This document shows, in pieces, positions 1 through 9,712 of a DNA stretch of 34,665 nt. Under the pieces are notes generated by a model. The model ran no database searches and was not told where the DNA came from. It saw nothing but the letters and a program-made list of their open reading frames with translations. The translations under genes and the position numbers were made by a program. Each line of letters opens with the position of its first letter. The first letter of the stretch is position 1. Origin of the DNA: a bacterium (lineage in GTDB: Bacteria; UBP18; UBA7526); assembly GCA_030616365.1 (NCBI GenBank), contig JAUWXM010000003.1, positions 1 to 34,665 on the forward strand. The letters are read 5' to 3'.

Positions 1-535
1 GGAAGAGGGCGGTAAAGACGCTGTTCTTCATCCACTTATCTGGCCCGTTTACCACCCGGCTGGCAAAGAGCATAATCCAGGGTAGCCAGCATTGTCCATA
101 ATACTCCATAGCCCCCTCAGCAATTCTTAAGGGGAAATGGCTGCTAAACATAAAGACCAGAGCCGCCAAGTAGGCTCCCCTGGTGTTAATGCCCCACTCG
201 CGAGCGAGTTTAAAGGTTCCTATCAGGCCAATGATCGTGCAGGCCACGATTACCAATTTTATACCTGCCACCGGACCAAATAACAGAATTAAGGGAAATA
301 AAGGAGACAGGCAGGAAGTGGCCACGTTTCCAATCCTCGGTATTCCACCACCCACATAGGGGTTCCAGAGCGGCCATTGACCATATTTCAGAATGCTATC
401 CCGTGCTCCCGCAGCCTGGAAGGCATGCGGATCCCAATCATGAATACCCCAGTAATGGATGTGAGATAAGATAGGCGCCAGAAAAAGAAGGGCCAAGAGA
501 GAAAAGATTACAATATGTAAGTAAACGTTTTTCAT
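1..535 (-). CDS. YfhO-like / GT-C fold membrane glycosyltransferase, 3' end outside the window (not in ORF track)
   Basis: Manual translation from ATG at 535 gives MKNVYLHIVIFSLLALLFLAPILSHIHYWGIHDWDPHAFQAAGARDSILKYGQWPLWNPYVGGGIPRIGN... and stays open to the window edge. It has an N-terminal TM helix, an acidic DWD loop, a PLWNPY..GG.P motif and further TM segments. Confidence 0.75.
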   Translation of the reverse strand, partial: MKNVYLHIVIFSLLALLFLAPILSHIHYWGIHDWDPHAFQAAGARDSILKYGQWPLWNPYVGGGIPRIGNVATSCLSPLFPLILLFGPVAGIKLVIVACTIIGLIGTFKLAREWGINTRGAYLAALVFMFSSHFPLRIAEGAMEYYGQCWLPWIMLFASRVVNGPDKWMKNSVFTALF

Positions 536-557
536 ATATTGACCTTTTTTAATTAAT

Positions 558-586
558 AGTATAACATATATAAACAAAAAGTTCAA
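558..586 (-). promoter_or_regulatory. sigma70-type promoter for the GT-C gene
   Basis: Minus strand reads TTGAAC (586-581), 17 nt, TATACT (563-558), with an extended -10 TG. Confidence 0.55.
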
Positions 587-606
587 AAACTAATCTCTGG
601 AAAAGT

Positions 607-635
607 TTGCCAAAAATGGATCTCTATGATAGAAT
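607..635 (+). promoter_or_regulatory. sigma70-type promoter for the aldo/keto reductase (divergent)
   Basis: TTGCCA (607-612), 17 nt, TAGAAT (630-635), with an extended -10 TG; RBS AAGGAG precedes ATG 720. Confidence 0.55.
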
Positions 636-719
636 AAAATTGATTCAACAAGTAGAAGGCTATCTTGATGGGAGAAATTCAATAAATTAGGGTAACCAAA
701 CAAGAATAAGAAGGAGTGT

Positions 720-1850
720 ATGCAGAAGCGGCGTTTAGGAAGAACAGAATTAATGGTTTCCTGTATAGGGCTCGGTGCGGGCAGTCGGATGTTTATGGAA
801 AGAGGTTACTCTGGACCAGATGCTCCCCCGACAGTAATTAACTGCGCCTTAGATAAAGGAATTAACTTCATTGATACCGCAAGAAGTTACTATAAGAGCG
901 AACAGATAATAGGTGAGGCAATAAAGGGTAGGAGAGATGAGTGCTTCTTAGCTACCAAAACCTATCTGAGAAAAGGCTCCCGGGTAGAAAAAGATATTGA
1001 TATTAGCCTGAAGAATTTACAAACAGATAGGATTGACTTATATCAAATACATAATATTACTTATAAAGATGAACTAAGAACTATACTTCAACCAAAGGGT
1101 GCCTTAGAGATGTTGAAGAAAGCAAAAGAGGCGGGTAAGATTAACTATATTGGAATCACAGGATTCCGTCCAGATATAATGAAGGAATGTATTCAGACGG
1201 GTGAATTTGATACTATTCAGATCCCATTTAATTTTATCGAAAGAACTCAGACAGAAAAAATTTTACTTCTAGCTAAAAGGTATGATCTGGGGATTATTAT
1301 TATGCGACCTTTCCTTGGAGGACTATTGGCTAATAGTGGGGAGGCTATTTTAAGATTCATCTTTAGTTATGATGTCTCTGTAGTTATCCCTGGCTGCAGT
1401 ACTGTAGAACATATACAAATGAATGCCCGAATAGGTAAAGATCTCAGGCCAGTATCATCAGAGGAAAGAGAAAGTTTGTTTTCAAACATAGGAGGTATTT
1501 TTTGCCGGGGCTGTAAGGTCTGTGAGCAGGGCTGCCCAATCAGCCTTTCTATTGCTGAAATCTTGCGTTGGGAAACCTACCTTTATTTTAATGCCACCTA
1601 TGCGAGAGATCATTACAGACAGCATCTTAAGAAAGCTACTGCTTGTATTGATTGTGGTAAATGCGAAGAGGTGTGTCCATACAACTTACCAATTAGAAAG
1701 ATGCTTAAGACCGCTCACCAGCGCCTTATGAAGGGCAAATTGGAGGATATAATAGTAGGTCTTCTTAGGAAATTACAGTTATACGAAAGATTGAGAGCAA
1801 CCTATTTTCGGTTGGGCCTGCCCCTGCCGAACAGATATTTATCCGATTAA
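720..1850 (+). CDS. Aldo/keto reductase with C-terminal 2x[4Fe-4S] ferredoxin domain
   Basis: MQKRRLGRT start; FIDTARSY, ATK and QIH carry the AKR tetrad; CRGCKVCEQGCP and CIDCGKCEEVCP are ferredoxin motifs. Confidence 0.92.
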   Translation: MQKRRLGRTELMVSCIGLGAGSRMFMERGYSGPDAPPTVINCALDKGINFIDTARSYYKSEQIIGEAIKGRRDECFLATKTYLRKGSRVEKDIDISLKNLQTDRIDLYQIHNITYKDELRTILQPKGALEMLKKAKEAGKINYIGITGFRPDIMKECIQTGEFDTIQIPFNFIERTQTEKILLLAKRYDLGIIIMRPFLGGLLANSGEAILRFIFSYDVSVVIPGCSTVEHIQMNARIGKDLRPVSSEERESLFSNIGGIFCRGCKVCEQGCPISLSIAEILRWETYLYFNATYARDHYRQHLKKATACIDCGKCEEVCPYNLPIRKMLKTAHQRLMKGKLEDIIVGLLRKLQLYERLRATYFRLGLPLPNRYLSD

Positions 1851-1919
1851 TTATAAGTCACAATATAATCTGCTAATTTAAGAACTCAAGGATCAAATGA
1901 CTAATGACCAAATATCCAA

Positions 1920-1978
1920 TTTATCCTGCACTTTTTTACTTTGAAGAAGATACTTCATAGCAAAAGGTGCGGGATTTA
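1920..1978. mobile_element. 51-bp palindromic MITE/REP-like element with TTTA direct repeats
   Basis: TTTA [TCCTGCACTTTTT ... TGAAG-aagata-CTTCA ... AAAAGGTGCGGGA] TTTA. It could also serve as the terminator of the upstream gene. Confidence 0.55.
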
Positions 1979-2120
1979 TATGCTTTCTCGTCATTGGACA
2001 TTAAAGAATTTGCTATTCATTTGACATTCGTCATTGGATAATTTGTTAGCTAAAAATGGGTTGATTTAGTTGTTGCTTATTTGATAAGAGTAATAATCAT
2101 GAGAAGATAAGGTTATTAAA

Positions 2121-2753
2121 TTGGCTAATGATAATTATAAAGGTAAATTGAAAATTGGCCTAAAACAGTGGCTTTCTATTCTCCTGAAACGAGAGATATA
2201 TCTGATGTTGCTGATATATCTATTTGTGCTTATTCCTTTAGCCTATTTTCTGGTCTGGCTGGGCGTCAAATTGGATAAGGCTTTGGGCTTTTTAAAGTTC
2301 ATTGGCAGGCCCTGGAATATAGTATGCTTTCTTTTCTTTATCCTTACAGGGTTGTTCATCGTCTGGTGGTCATACACTTATTTAATCTTAGAAGGTACGG
2401 GGAGTCCGGCCACAATGTTAGGACAGACAAAAAAACTGGTTAAAAAGGGCCCCTATGCCTTTGTCAGGAACCCCTCGGTGATTGGTAAGCTTCTTGGAGT
2501 GGTAGGATTAGGATGTTTATCTGGATCTTTTTCTTTCACCTTTATTATAGTGCCTCTTTTGCTTTTTGGATCGCTTCTTGAGAAGCGATTCCACGAAGAA
2601 AGGAATATGGAGAGGCTATGGGGGCAAGAATATATAGATTATAAAGAGGCCGTTCCTATGGTCATCCCCCGCTTTGATCGGATACTGCGAGAATTAGTGT
2701 CTTTTTTCAGAAAGAAAAAACATGATGAAGATACTTTTAATCAATCCGCCTAA
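2121..2753 (+). CDS. Isoprenylcysteine carboxyl methyltransferase / PEMT-family integral membrane methyltransferase
   Basis: TM helices followed by LVKKGPYAFVRNP and EERNMERLWGQEYIDYKEAVP; TTG start. Confidence 0.85.
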   Translation: MANDNYKGKLKIGLKQWLSILLKREIYLMLLIYLFVLIPLAYFLVWLGVKLDKALGFLKFIGRPWNIVCFLFFILTGLFIVWWSYTYLILEGTGSPATMLGQTKKLVKKGPYAFVRNPSVIGKLLGVVGLGCLSGSFSFTFIIVPLLLFGSLLEKRFHEERNMERLWGQEYIDYKEAVPMVIPRFDRILRELVSFFRKKKHDEDTFNQSA

Positions 2754-4173
2754 AAGATATACAATTTGGGCAGGGATACCCGAAGCCCTCAATAAAAGAG
2801 TATTTCTATATCCCCCCTTGGGGCTTATGTATATCCAAGCCTATTTAGAGGAATATACAGAACATAAAGTAATTATCCTGGATGCCTTAGCAGATAATTT
2901 AGATTTTTCTCAGATTGAGAGAAAGGTAAAACAGATTCAACCTGATGTAGTAGGGGTTACTGCCTGCACCCATAGTCTACTGGATGTAGTCAAGACCGTA
3001 GCAGCAGCAAAAAGAGCAAATAAAAAAATACACCTTTGTTTGGGCGGTCCTCATGTTTCTACCTTTGCCCGGGAGTCAATAAATCTCACTGGAGTAGATT
3101 CGGTTATTTTGGGCGATGGGGAGATTACGTTTAAAGAACTAGTAGAGTCTCTTGAGAAGGGAGATGATTTGTGTAATGTAAAGGGGATTATTTTCAAAAA
3201 TAATGACGATATTATTCAAACCGGAGAAGCTCGGTATACAGAGAATTTAGATATTCTACCTTTTCCCAAAAGAGAAAGATTGACGAATCTGAATCGATAT
3301 TATACCTCTGGAACAGAATCCAATCTTATGACTACGATGGTAACAAGTAGAGGTTGTCCTTATCGATGTAATTTTTGTAATACCTCTAAGAATTACCGTT
3401 ACCGTTCTCCGTCTAATGTTGTGGATGAAATAGAGCAATGCTTAAGATTGAATATTAGAGAATTCTATTTTATTGACGATACCTTTAATGTAAGCATTAA
3501 AAGAGTGATTGACATTTGTAGGGAGATATTAAAAAGAAATTTGAGAATCAAGTGGGGTTTTAAGGCAAGATGCGATAATATCGATTATAAAATGCTCAAG
3601 TTAGTCAGGGAGGCAGGCTGTAGAAAGATTCATTATGGAGTGGAGGCAGCAGGCGATGAGGCATTGACAGAACTCAATAAGGGTGGACAGGTAAATGTAA
3701 GACAGATAGAGCAGGTTTTCCAATGGACAAAAGATCTTGGAATAAGAACTATTGCTTATGTAATGATTGGTTGTCCTTACGAAAAGACAAGGGCAGATAT
3801 ATTAAGGGTTTTGGATTTTGTTAAAAAGATCGATGCTGATTATGTTGTGTTCTCTATATTTTCGCCCTACCCTGATACAGATTGTTATCAGGAGGCTGTA
3901 AAAAAAGGGATAATTAGAAAAGGGATATGGGAAGAATTTATTAAAAATCCGGTAGAGGGATATGAACTGCCTACCTGTTGGGAGGAGTATTTTTCTAAAA
4001 AAGAATTGTTGGAATTATTAAAGTTGGTGCACCGAAAATTTTATCTTAGATGGCAGATATTTTTCAGGGTTCTATTTAGCCTCCACAGTTTAGGAGAACT
4101 TAGAAGGGTGTATAAAGATATCATTGCCTTGGGAAAGTTATTAGTTATTCAAGAACCGCAGGGAAAGATATGA
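2722..4173 (+). CDS. B12-binding radical SAM protein (type A; start may be 2725)
   Basis: KILLINPP...PPLGLMY, GGPH, GDGE, SRGCPYRCNFC, DDTF, PYPDT. Confidence 0.93.
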   Translation: MMKILLINPPKRYTIWAGIPEALNKRVFLYPPLGLMYIQAYLEEYTEHKVIILDALADNLDFSQIERKVKQIQPDVVGVTACTHSLLDVVKTVAAAKRANKKIHLCLGGPHVSTFARESINLTGVDSVILGDGEITFKELVESLEKGDDLCNVKGIIFKNNDDIIQTGEARYTENLDILPFPKRERLTNLNRYYTSGTESNLMTTMVTSRGCPYRCNFCNTSKNYRYRSPSNVVDEIEQCLRLNIREFYFIDDTFNVSIKRVIDICREILKRNLRIKWGFKARCDNIDYKMLKLVREAGCRKIHYGVEAAGDEALTELNKGGQVNVRQIEQVFQWTKDLGIRTIAYVMIGCPYEKTRADILRVLDFVKKIDADYVVFSIFSPYPDTDCYQEAVKKGIIRKGIWEEFIKNPVEGYELPTCWEEYFSKKELLELLKLVHRKFYLRWQIFFRVLFSLHSLGELRRVYKDIIALGKLLVIQEPQGKI

Positions 4174-5699
4174 AAGAGGAAATAACCACAAGTCTCATCT
4201 CTTTATACGATGTTGAAAATAACGCAGTGCGAAGTATCGCCGCTTTATTAAGAAAAAATGGCTATCGCGTTTTTGAGATTTATTTCAAAAATTGGGTGAA
4301 TAACCGTTTGGTTTGGCCTAAAAAAAGGGAATTGGATAATCTGATAAATCTTTTAAGAAATACGAACACAGATTTAGTTGGCATAAGTCTTCGGGCATCA
4401 GCTTATTTAAAGGTGACCATTTCAATTACCGAGTATATAAAAAGATTTTTGAAGATCCCAATAGTTTGGGGTGGTTTACATCCTACTTTAGTCCCTGAGG
4501 AATGCATAGAATTTGCTGATATAGTCTGCCTGGGTGAAGGAGAGTATCCCATGCTGGAGCTTGCGGATAGCATTTCACAACAAAAAGATATAGATAACAC
4601 ACCAAACTTATGGATTAGAAAAGGAAAAGAGATTAAAAGAAACGAGATTCGTCCTCTTATACAGAATCTTGATGAATTGCCATTTTTAGATTATACCAGC
4701 GAAGATAAATATTACATCGAAAACCGAAGGGTATTTATCGGGGACCCCGTGATAAAAAGACCTCTATTCCGTATAATGGCATCTCGCGGCTGTCTATTCG
4801 ATTGCAGTTACTGTTATAATAGTATACTGAAAAAGATATATCATAGTAAGGGTAGATATTTTCGCTATCGTAGTGTAAAGAATGTAATCGAGGAACTCTC
4901 TCGGATAAAACGAATTTTTAAAAACTTAAAATATATACGCTTTGATGATGAGATGTTTATCTTCAACAATGAATGGATTAAAGAATTCTGTCAGGAATAT
5001 AAGAAGAGAATAGATTTGCCCTTTGAATGTTTCTTGTCTCCCGAAAATTACAAAGAAGAATTGTTACCCAGACTTAAACAGGCGGGCTTAAAGGTAGTTT
5101 ATATGGGGATTGAGGGTCCGAATAGAATAAATAAGACGTTGTACAACAGGAAATTTTCTGTAAAAGATATTTTAAATGATATAAGGATCTTCCATAAGTT
5201 GGGTTTAGATGCCCGGTATCAAATTATTCTTGATGATCCTCTTTCTACAGAAGAGGATAAAAGAACCTTTTTTGAATTCTTAATGGATCTTCCCAGGCCG
5301 TTTGAGCTGTATCTATTTTCTTTAACAATTTTTCCCAGGACCAAATTAGCAGAGACGCTACTTGCTCAAGGATTAATTAGTGAGAGCGATATTGAAGGCA
5401 AAGCAATGAAGACATTTTCCCAACTAAGGGTTGATTTAAGTTTCCCTCGTGCAAAGTCAGATCAATTTTGGATTAGTCTGATAGTACTTATTTCAAAAAA
5501 TTTTGTTTCCAAGAGCTTAATCGATAGATTATCAAGAAGTAAATTTTTATATAAACACCCCAGACCTCTGGTAATTTTTAGTCAGATATGTAATCTGCTG
5601 AAGATGGTATGGGTAGTTTTTAAAATGTTCTTAAAAGGGGAAATGACCTGGATTCAATTCAAACAGTGGGCCAATCCCCGTTCCCTGATTACCCAATAA
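4170..5699 (+). CDS. B12-binding radical SAM protein (type B)
   Basis: WGGLHPT, GEGE, SRGCLFDCSYC, FDDE; ATGA overlap with the upstream gene. Confidence 0.92.
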   Translation: MKEEITTSLISLYDVENNAVRSIAALLRKNGYRVFEIYFKNWVNNRLVWPKKRELDNLINLLRNTNTDLVGISLRASAYLKVTISITEYIKRFLKIPIVWGGLHPTLVPEECIEFADIVCLGEGEYPMLELADSISQQKDIDNTPNLWIRKGKEIKRNEIRPLIQNLDELPFLDYTSEDKYYIENRRVFIGDPVIKRPLFRIMASRGCLFDCSYCYNSILKKIYHSKGRYFRYRSVKNVIEELSRIKRIFKNLKYIRFDDEMFIFNNEWIKEFCQEYKKRIDLPFECFLSPENYKEELLPRLKQAGLKVVYMGIEGPNRINKTLYNRKFSVKDILNDIRIFHKLGLDARYQIILDDPLSTEEDKRTFFEFLMDLPRPFELYLFSLTIFPRTKLAETLLAQGLISESDIEGKAMKTFSQLRVDLSFPRAKSDQFWISLIVLISKNFVSKSLIDRLSRSKFLYKHPRPLVIFSQICNLLKMVWVVFKMFLKGEMTWIQFKQWANPRSLITQ

Positions 5700-5707
5700 A
5701 ACTTATT

Positions 5708-7243
5708 CTATTGGGAGATAAGTTTTCTTAGGCTTCCGTATTGCTTGAGTTTGATGGGGTTTAACTCTCCCTGAAAAAGCATCTCTATTGCCATACCTGA
5801 GGCTTTCAGGAAATCGCAGGTAAAAGCCAGCCACTTTAAAGTGGCTGGCTTTTTTTCTAGCAACGAGCGGCGAGAAAGGAAGCGGATAAAGAACCTGGGA
5901 ATAAAAGACTTGGAGGTGAGAGAGCAAAGGCTTATCCAGAAGAGTTCCTCTTTGGGTCTGGGATACCAGAGGCTGAGACGGAACTGGCGGAAGGACTTGG
6001 TAGCCCTTCCCTCCACCTCTTCCGGTTTTATCATCCCCAGATCTAAGAGTTCATTGGTCAGAGCCGTTTTAGGGAAATGGGTCAGGGAGTACATATAGAT
6101 CTTAAAGGGTCGTGGAATCTGTAAGAGCATATGCAGCATTTCTTTCTTATCCTTCCGGGTGGAGAGAGGGTTATCCCAGATAAGGTCATAGACTACTTCT
6201 ATCCCCAAATCCTTAGCCAGATGGGCAAATTGTAGAATCTGCTGGTTGGGAGTATCCCGACCATAGACCTCCTTTAACTCCTTCTTAGAACCAGACTGCA
6301 GGCCTACCTGAATCTTAATCAATCCCGCCTTTCTTAATTGGGAAAGGGTCTGCCGATTGGCAAGATCCGGATGGAGAAGGATCTCAAAGGGAATCCCGAT
6401 TCTCTCTTTATAGAGGGAAGAAAAACGGGATATCCACTCCTTGGCAAAGAAGAAGGTATCTCCATCAAACTTTATTCTGCGAAGACACTTAAAATAGTTC
6501 CGGGCATACTCTAACTCAGTAATTACATTCTCTGGTGAGCGAGAACGATAATACTTTCCCTTTTCCCGATAGATTTTCCTCAAGATACTGTTATTACAGT
6601 ACTTGCAGTTAAAGGGGCAGCCCCGAGTGGGATAGATGCGATACTCAGAATCTTTTAAAAGCGGGTCACATCGCTTAAGCCTATTATCCTCAATGAAATA
6701 TTTATCCCGGCCTCCGTAATCCGGGAAGGGCAAATGGTCTAAATCTTCGATTAAAGGACGAAGCGCATTCTTCTGCATTCTTCCCTTCACCTTGATCCAT
6801 AGATTGGAGATTCCTTCCGGGCTTTCTCTTCGTTCCAAGGCCCTCATTAAATCCAGAAGTGGTTCCTCCCCCTCCCCTACGCAGACCATATCAGCGATCT
6901 CTATACCATCCTCGGGAGAGATGGTGGGATGGACCCCTCCCCAGACCACCGGGGCCTTGAATCTTCTCTTAATCTCTTTAGTGAGCTGAGTGGCGATCCG
7001 GAGATAGGGAGTTCCCAGACCGATCCCGATGAGCAAACTCTCCAAACCGGAGAGAAGTTCCATAAGTAACTTCACTTCTTTTTGGGAAGGTGGTCTAATG
7101 GCATTATTTACCCACTGCTTGAAAAAGATGATATTTACTGGATACCCATGTCTTGTGAGAAAAGAAGAGATATACCTCACTCCCCGATTCTCAATCCCAT
7201 AGAGAGAGATAAGGGTAAGGATTGGTTTCTTATTCTTTTTCAT
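5708..7243 (-). CDS. B12-binding radical SAM protein (type B', paralog of 4170..5699)
   Basis: WGGVHPT, GEGE, TRGCPFNCKYC; shares LISLY..EN..VR.I and FK.WVNN with 4170..5699, and ends KLISQ versus SLITQ. Confidence 0.92.
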   Translation of the reverse strand: MKKNKKPILTLISLYGIENRGVRYISSFLTRHGYPVNIIFFKQWVNNAIRPPSQKEVKLLMELLSGLESLLIGIGLGTPYLRIATQLTKEIKRRFKAPVVWGGVHPTISPEDGIEIADMVCVGEGEEPLLDLMRALERRESPEGISNLWIKVKGRMQKNALRPLIEDLDHLPFPDYGGRDKYFIEDNRLKRCDPLLKDSEYRIYPTRGCPFNCKYCNNSILRKIYREKGKYYRSRSPENVITELEYARNYFKCLRRIKFDGDTFFFAKEWISRFSSLYKERIGIPFEILLHPDLANRQTLSQLRKAGLIKIQVGLQSGSKKELKEVYGRDTPNQQILQFAHLAKDLGIEVVYDLIWDNPLSTRKDKKEMLHMLLQIPRPFKIYMYSLTHFPKTALTNELLDLGMIKPEEVEGRATKSFRQFRLSLWYPRPKEELFWISLCSLTSKSFIPRFFIRFLSRRSLLEKKPATLKWLAFTCDFLKASGMAIEMLFQGELNPIKLKQYGSLRKLISQ

Positions 7244-8655
7244 TAACTACTCCCTAAGATTTTTAAGGCGGTCTTTGCCTGCCAGAAGAAATTCCGGGGA
7301 TGAAGGATAGATTTTAGGTTTTTAAAAATAACTGAGGGCCGAAGATAGTATCGGCGGTAGATAGAGATTAAAATCTTTTCTAATTCTTCCTTAGTAAAGA
7401 ATTCTTCCCAGACTCTGGGCTCAAAATCTTTAGTGGGGTGGAGAGCGAACTCTCTCCAGAAATCTCTTCCAAAGAGGCCTTTCTCTAATCCCTCTTGATA
7501 GAGTTCGGTATCCGGGTAAGGGGTAAGGATATTAAAGAGGGCGAAGTCGGAATTTAGTCTTTTGGCAAAGTGGAGGGTGTGAAGGATATCTTCCCGGCTC
7601 TTCTCATGGGGACAACCGATTAAGAAGTAAGCCACAACAGGAATTCCGATCTCTTTTGTCCAGGTAAAGACCTCTTCAGTCTGGTGGATGGTTAGACCTT
7701 TCTTTAACCTCTTAAGACCTTCGTCTGTGCTGGTCTCCACTCCTAAGTTCATTCTAATGCAGTTAGCTGCTTTTAGTTCTCGCAGCACTTCCCGGGTGAG
7801 GGTATCCACCCTTCCCCGAAAGCCCCAGGGGATTCGCAGATTTCGTCTCTTAATCTCCTGGCAGAGGGAGATTACCCATTCAGGAGAAAGGTTGAAGGTA
7901 TCGTCGACGAAATGAATCTCCTCCACTCCCAGATGCCAGCATTCTTCCATTTCCTGAACCACATTGTGAACAGAGCGCCGGCGATAATTCTCCTTAGGGG
8001 TGCTACAGAAAATACAATGGTAGGGGCAGCCCCGACTGCTCGCCATAGTGGTAAAGGTGGACCTTCTCCCTAAAATATAATAATAGAGTTGAGGTTTAGT
8101 CAGTTCCCGGACAGGGAAAGGAAGCCTATCCAGGTCTGGGGAAGGGCCTGGTCTCTTCCCAGGGATGACTTCTTCTCCTTCTTTAAATATCAGACCAGGA
8201 ACCTTTCTCAAGTCTTTTTCCTGGGAAAGGGATTCCACTAATTGGAAAAAAGAAATTTCCCCTTCTCCGGGAATGACCGAATCCACCCCGAATAATTGTA
8301 GGGTTTCTTGGGGAAAGATCCGGGCATGGGGTCCTCCGATATTAATATGAATCCTGGGATCTATCTTCTTAATCAATCCGGTAAGTAGAAGCACATCTAT
8401 TAGGTTATTGGTATGGGCAGTAATTCCTATTATCTGAGGGTTGGACTCCCGAATTACTTGTTCTATCTCAGTCTGACTTAGGTCCTCCGCTATCGCATCC
8501 AGAATCTGAACCTCATGGTCACTATATTTCCGGAGATAGGAGGCGATGTACATCAATCCCAAAGGAGGAAAGATGCCTACCTCCCGGGATAGAGCAGGAG
8601 GAAGTTCGGTCTGAATGATATTCTTTATTGGAGGATTGATAAGTAATACTTTCAT
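7243..8655 (-). CDS. B12-binding radical SAM protein (type A', paralog of 2722..4173)
   Basis: KVLLINPP...PPLGLMY, GGPH, SRGCPYHCIFC, IGCPHEKSREDIL, PYPDT, WEEFFTKEEL. Confidence 0.93.
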   Translation of the reverse strand: MKVLLINPPIKNIIQTELPPALSREVGIFPPLGLMYIASYLRKYSDHEVQILDAIAEDLSQTEIEQVIRESNPQIIGITAHTNNLIDVLLLTGLIKKIDPRIHINIGGPHARIFPQETLQLFGVDSVIPGEGEISFFQLVESLSQEKDLRKVPGLIFKEGEEVIPGKRPGPSPDLDRLPFPVRELTKPQLYYYILGRRSTFTTMASSRGCPYHCIFCSTPKENYRRRSVHNVVQEMEECWHLGVEEIHFVDDTFNLSPEWVISLCQEIKRRNLRIPWGFRGRVDTLTREVLRELKAANCIRMNLGVETSTDEGLKRLKKGLTIHQTEEVFTWTKEIGIPVVAYFLIGCPHEKSREDILHTLHFAKRLNSDFALFNILTPYPDTELYQEGLEKGLFGRDFWREFALHPTKDFEPRVWEEFFTKEELEKILISIYRRYYLRPSVIFKNLKSILHPRNFFWQAKTALKILGSS

Positions 8656-8662
8656 AAGAAGA

Positions 8663-9712
8663 TTAGTGCCTCATGCTTAATCTTAAGATGTGGTACAAAA
8701 TCCGCCAATCTTTCATCATAAAGGAGGTCTCCATCCAGCAGGGACGAATGCAGCCCGGACAACCAGAGATCAGCTCCTGGCGTTGCTTTTGATATTGGGG
8801 GCTGTGTATCACATTTCTTAATTCTGGGGAGGTCTTCATTCCCGGGTAATCAAAGCGGTGGCAGATAGAGATGCTCCCTTCCGGACTAACTGAGAGATAG
8901 AAGCCTCCGGCATCACACTCCCAGTCAATCCTTCCCGTCTTCAGGCAAATCCGGGAGGCCTCCAGAAACTTAAGGGAATTAAGGATGGGGTAGGATGCCC
9001 TCTTCATCTCTTTTAACTGCTCATAGACTTCATCTACTATAGGATGGTCTTCTTTTCTAATGGCTAGCTCAGGAGCATAGGCAGCGAAGGAGTCCTGAAT
9101 ATCGGAAGAAGGGGTTAAAACCACGGGAATAAAGGAGGCTAAGTAACCTTTGTCGTGGACAAAGCGGGCGATCTCAGGGAGTTCCTTGAGGTTTAAACGG
9201 GAGACCACGGTATTTAGAAGAAGCCTCTTCCCCTTCCGGGGCAATAATTTTTTAAAGAGGTCGAGTGAACGCATTATCTTAGGAAGAGTATCCTTCGAGC
9301 GGTGGATGAAATCCTGGGTCCTGGGGGAAAGGGAGTCCAGAGAGATGGAGGCGCTAGTCAGTCCTGCCTGGACCACGGCCCGGATATCTTCTGGAGTGGA
9401 CTTTATACCATTGGTAACAACTCTTACCCAGAGACCTTCATCTCTAAAGATACGGACGATCTTAGACAGGTCCTCTCTCATAAAAGGTTCTCCCCCACCT
9501 AAGGCCACGCTAATCGCTCCTAAAGAACGCAGACCTCGGGCAAGAGACTTAATCTCCGAAAGAGAAAGCTCCTTCCCTTTATCTCCTCCCTTCCAGACAC
9601 TGCACATCCGGCAGCGGAGATGGCAGCGATGAGTAACCCCGTAATGGATATAAACAAAGCCTCTACCTCTCAGGAAATATTTTAGAAAACGGAGATAATT
9701 AGAGATATTCAT
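8663..9712 (-). CDS. Radical SAM protein with C-terminal Twitch/SPASM-like auxiliary Fe-S domain
   Basis: CHLRCRMC, GGGEP, VTNG, ISLDS; C-terminal CDAG...PEGSISIC...CPGCIRPC. Confidence 0.9.
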   Translation of the reverse strand: MNISNYLRFLKYFLRGRGFVYIHYGVTHRCHLRCRMCSVWKGGDKGKELSLSEIKSLARGLRSLGAISVALGGGEPFMREDLSKIVRIFRDEGLWVRVVTNGIKSTPEDIRAVVQAGLTSASISLDSLSPRTQDFIHRSKDTLPKIMRSLDLFKKLLPRKGKRLLLNTVVSRLNLKELPEIARFVHDKGYLASFIPVVLTPSSDIQDSFAAYAPELAIRKEDHPIVDEVYEQLKEMKRASYPILNSLKFLEASRICLKTGRIDWECDAGGFYLSVSPEGSISICHRFDYPGMKTSPELRNVIHSPQYQKQRQELISGCPGCIRPCWMETSFMMKDWRILYHILRLSMRH

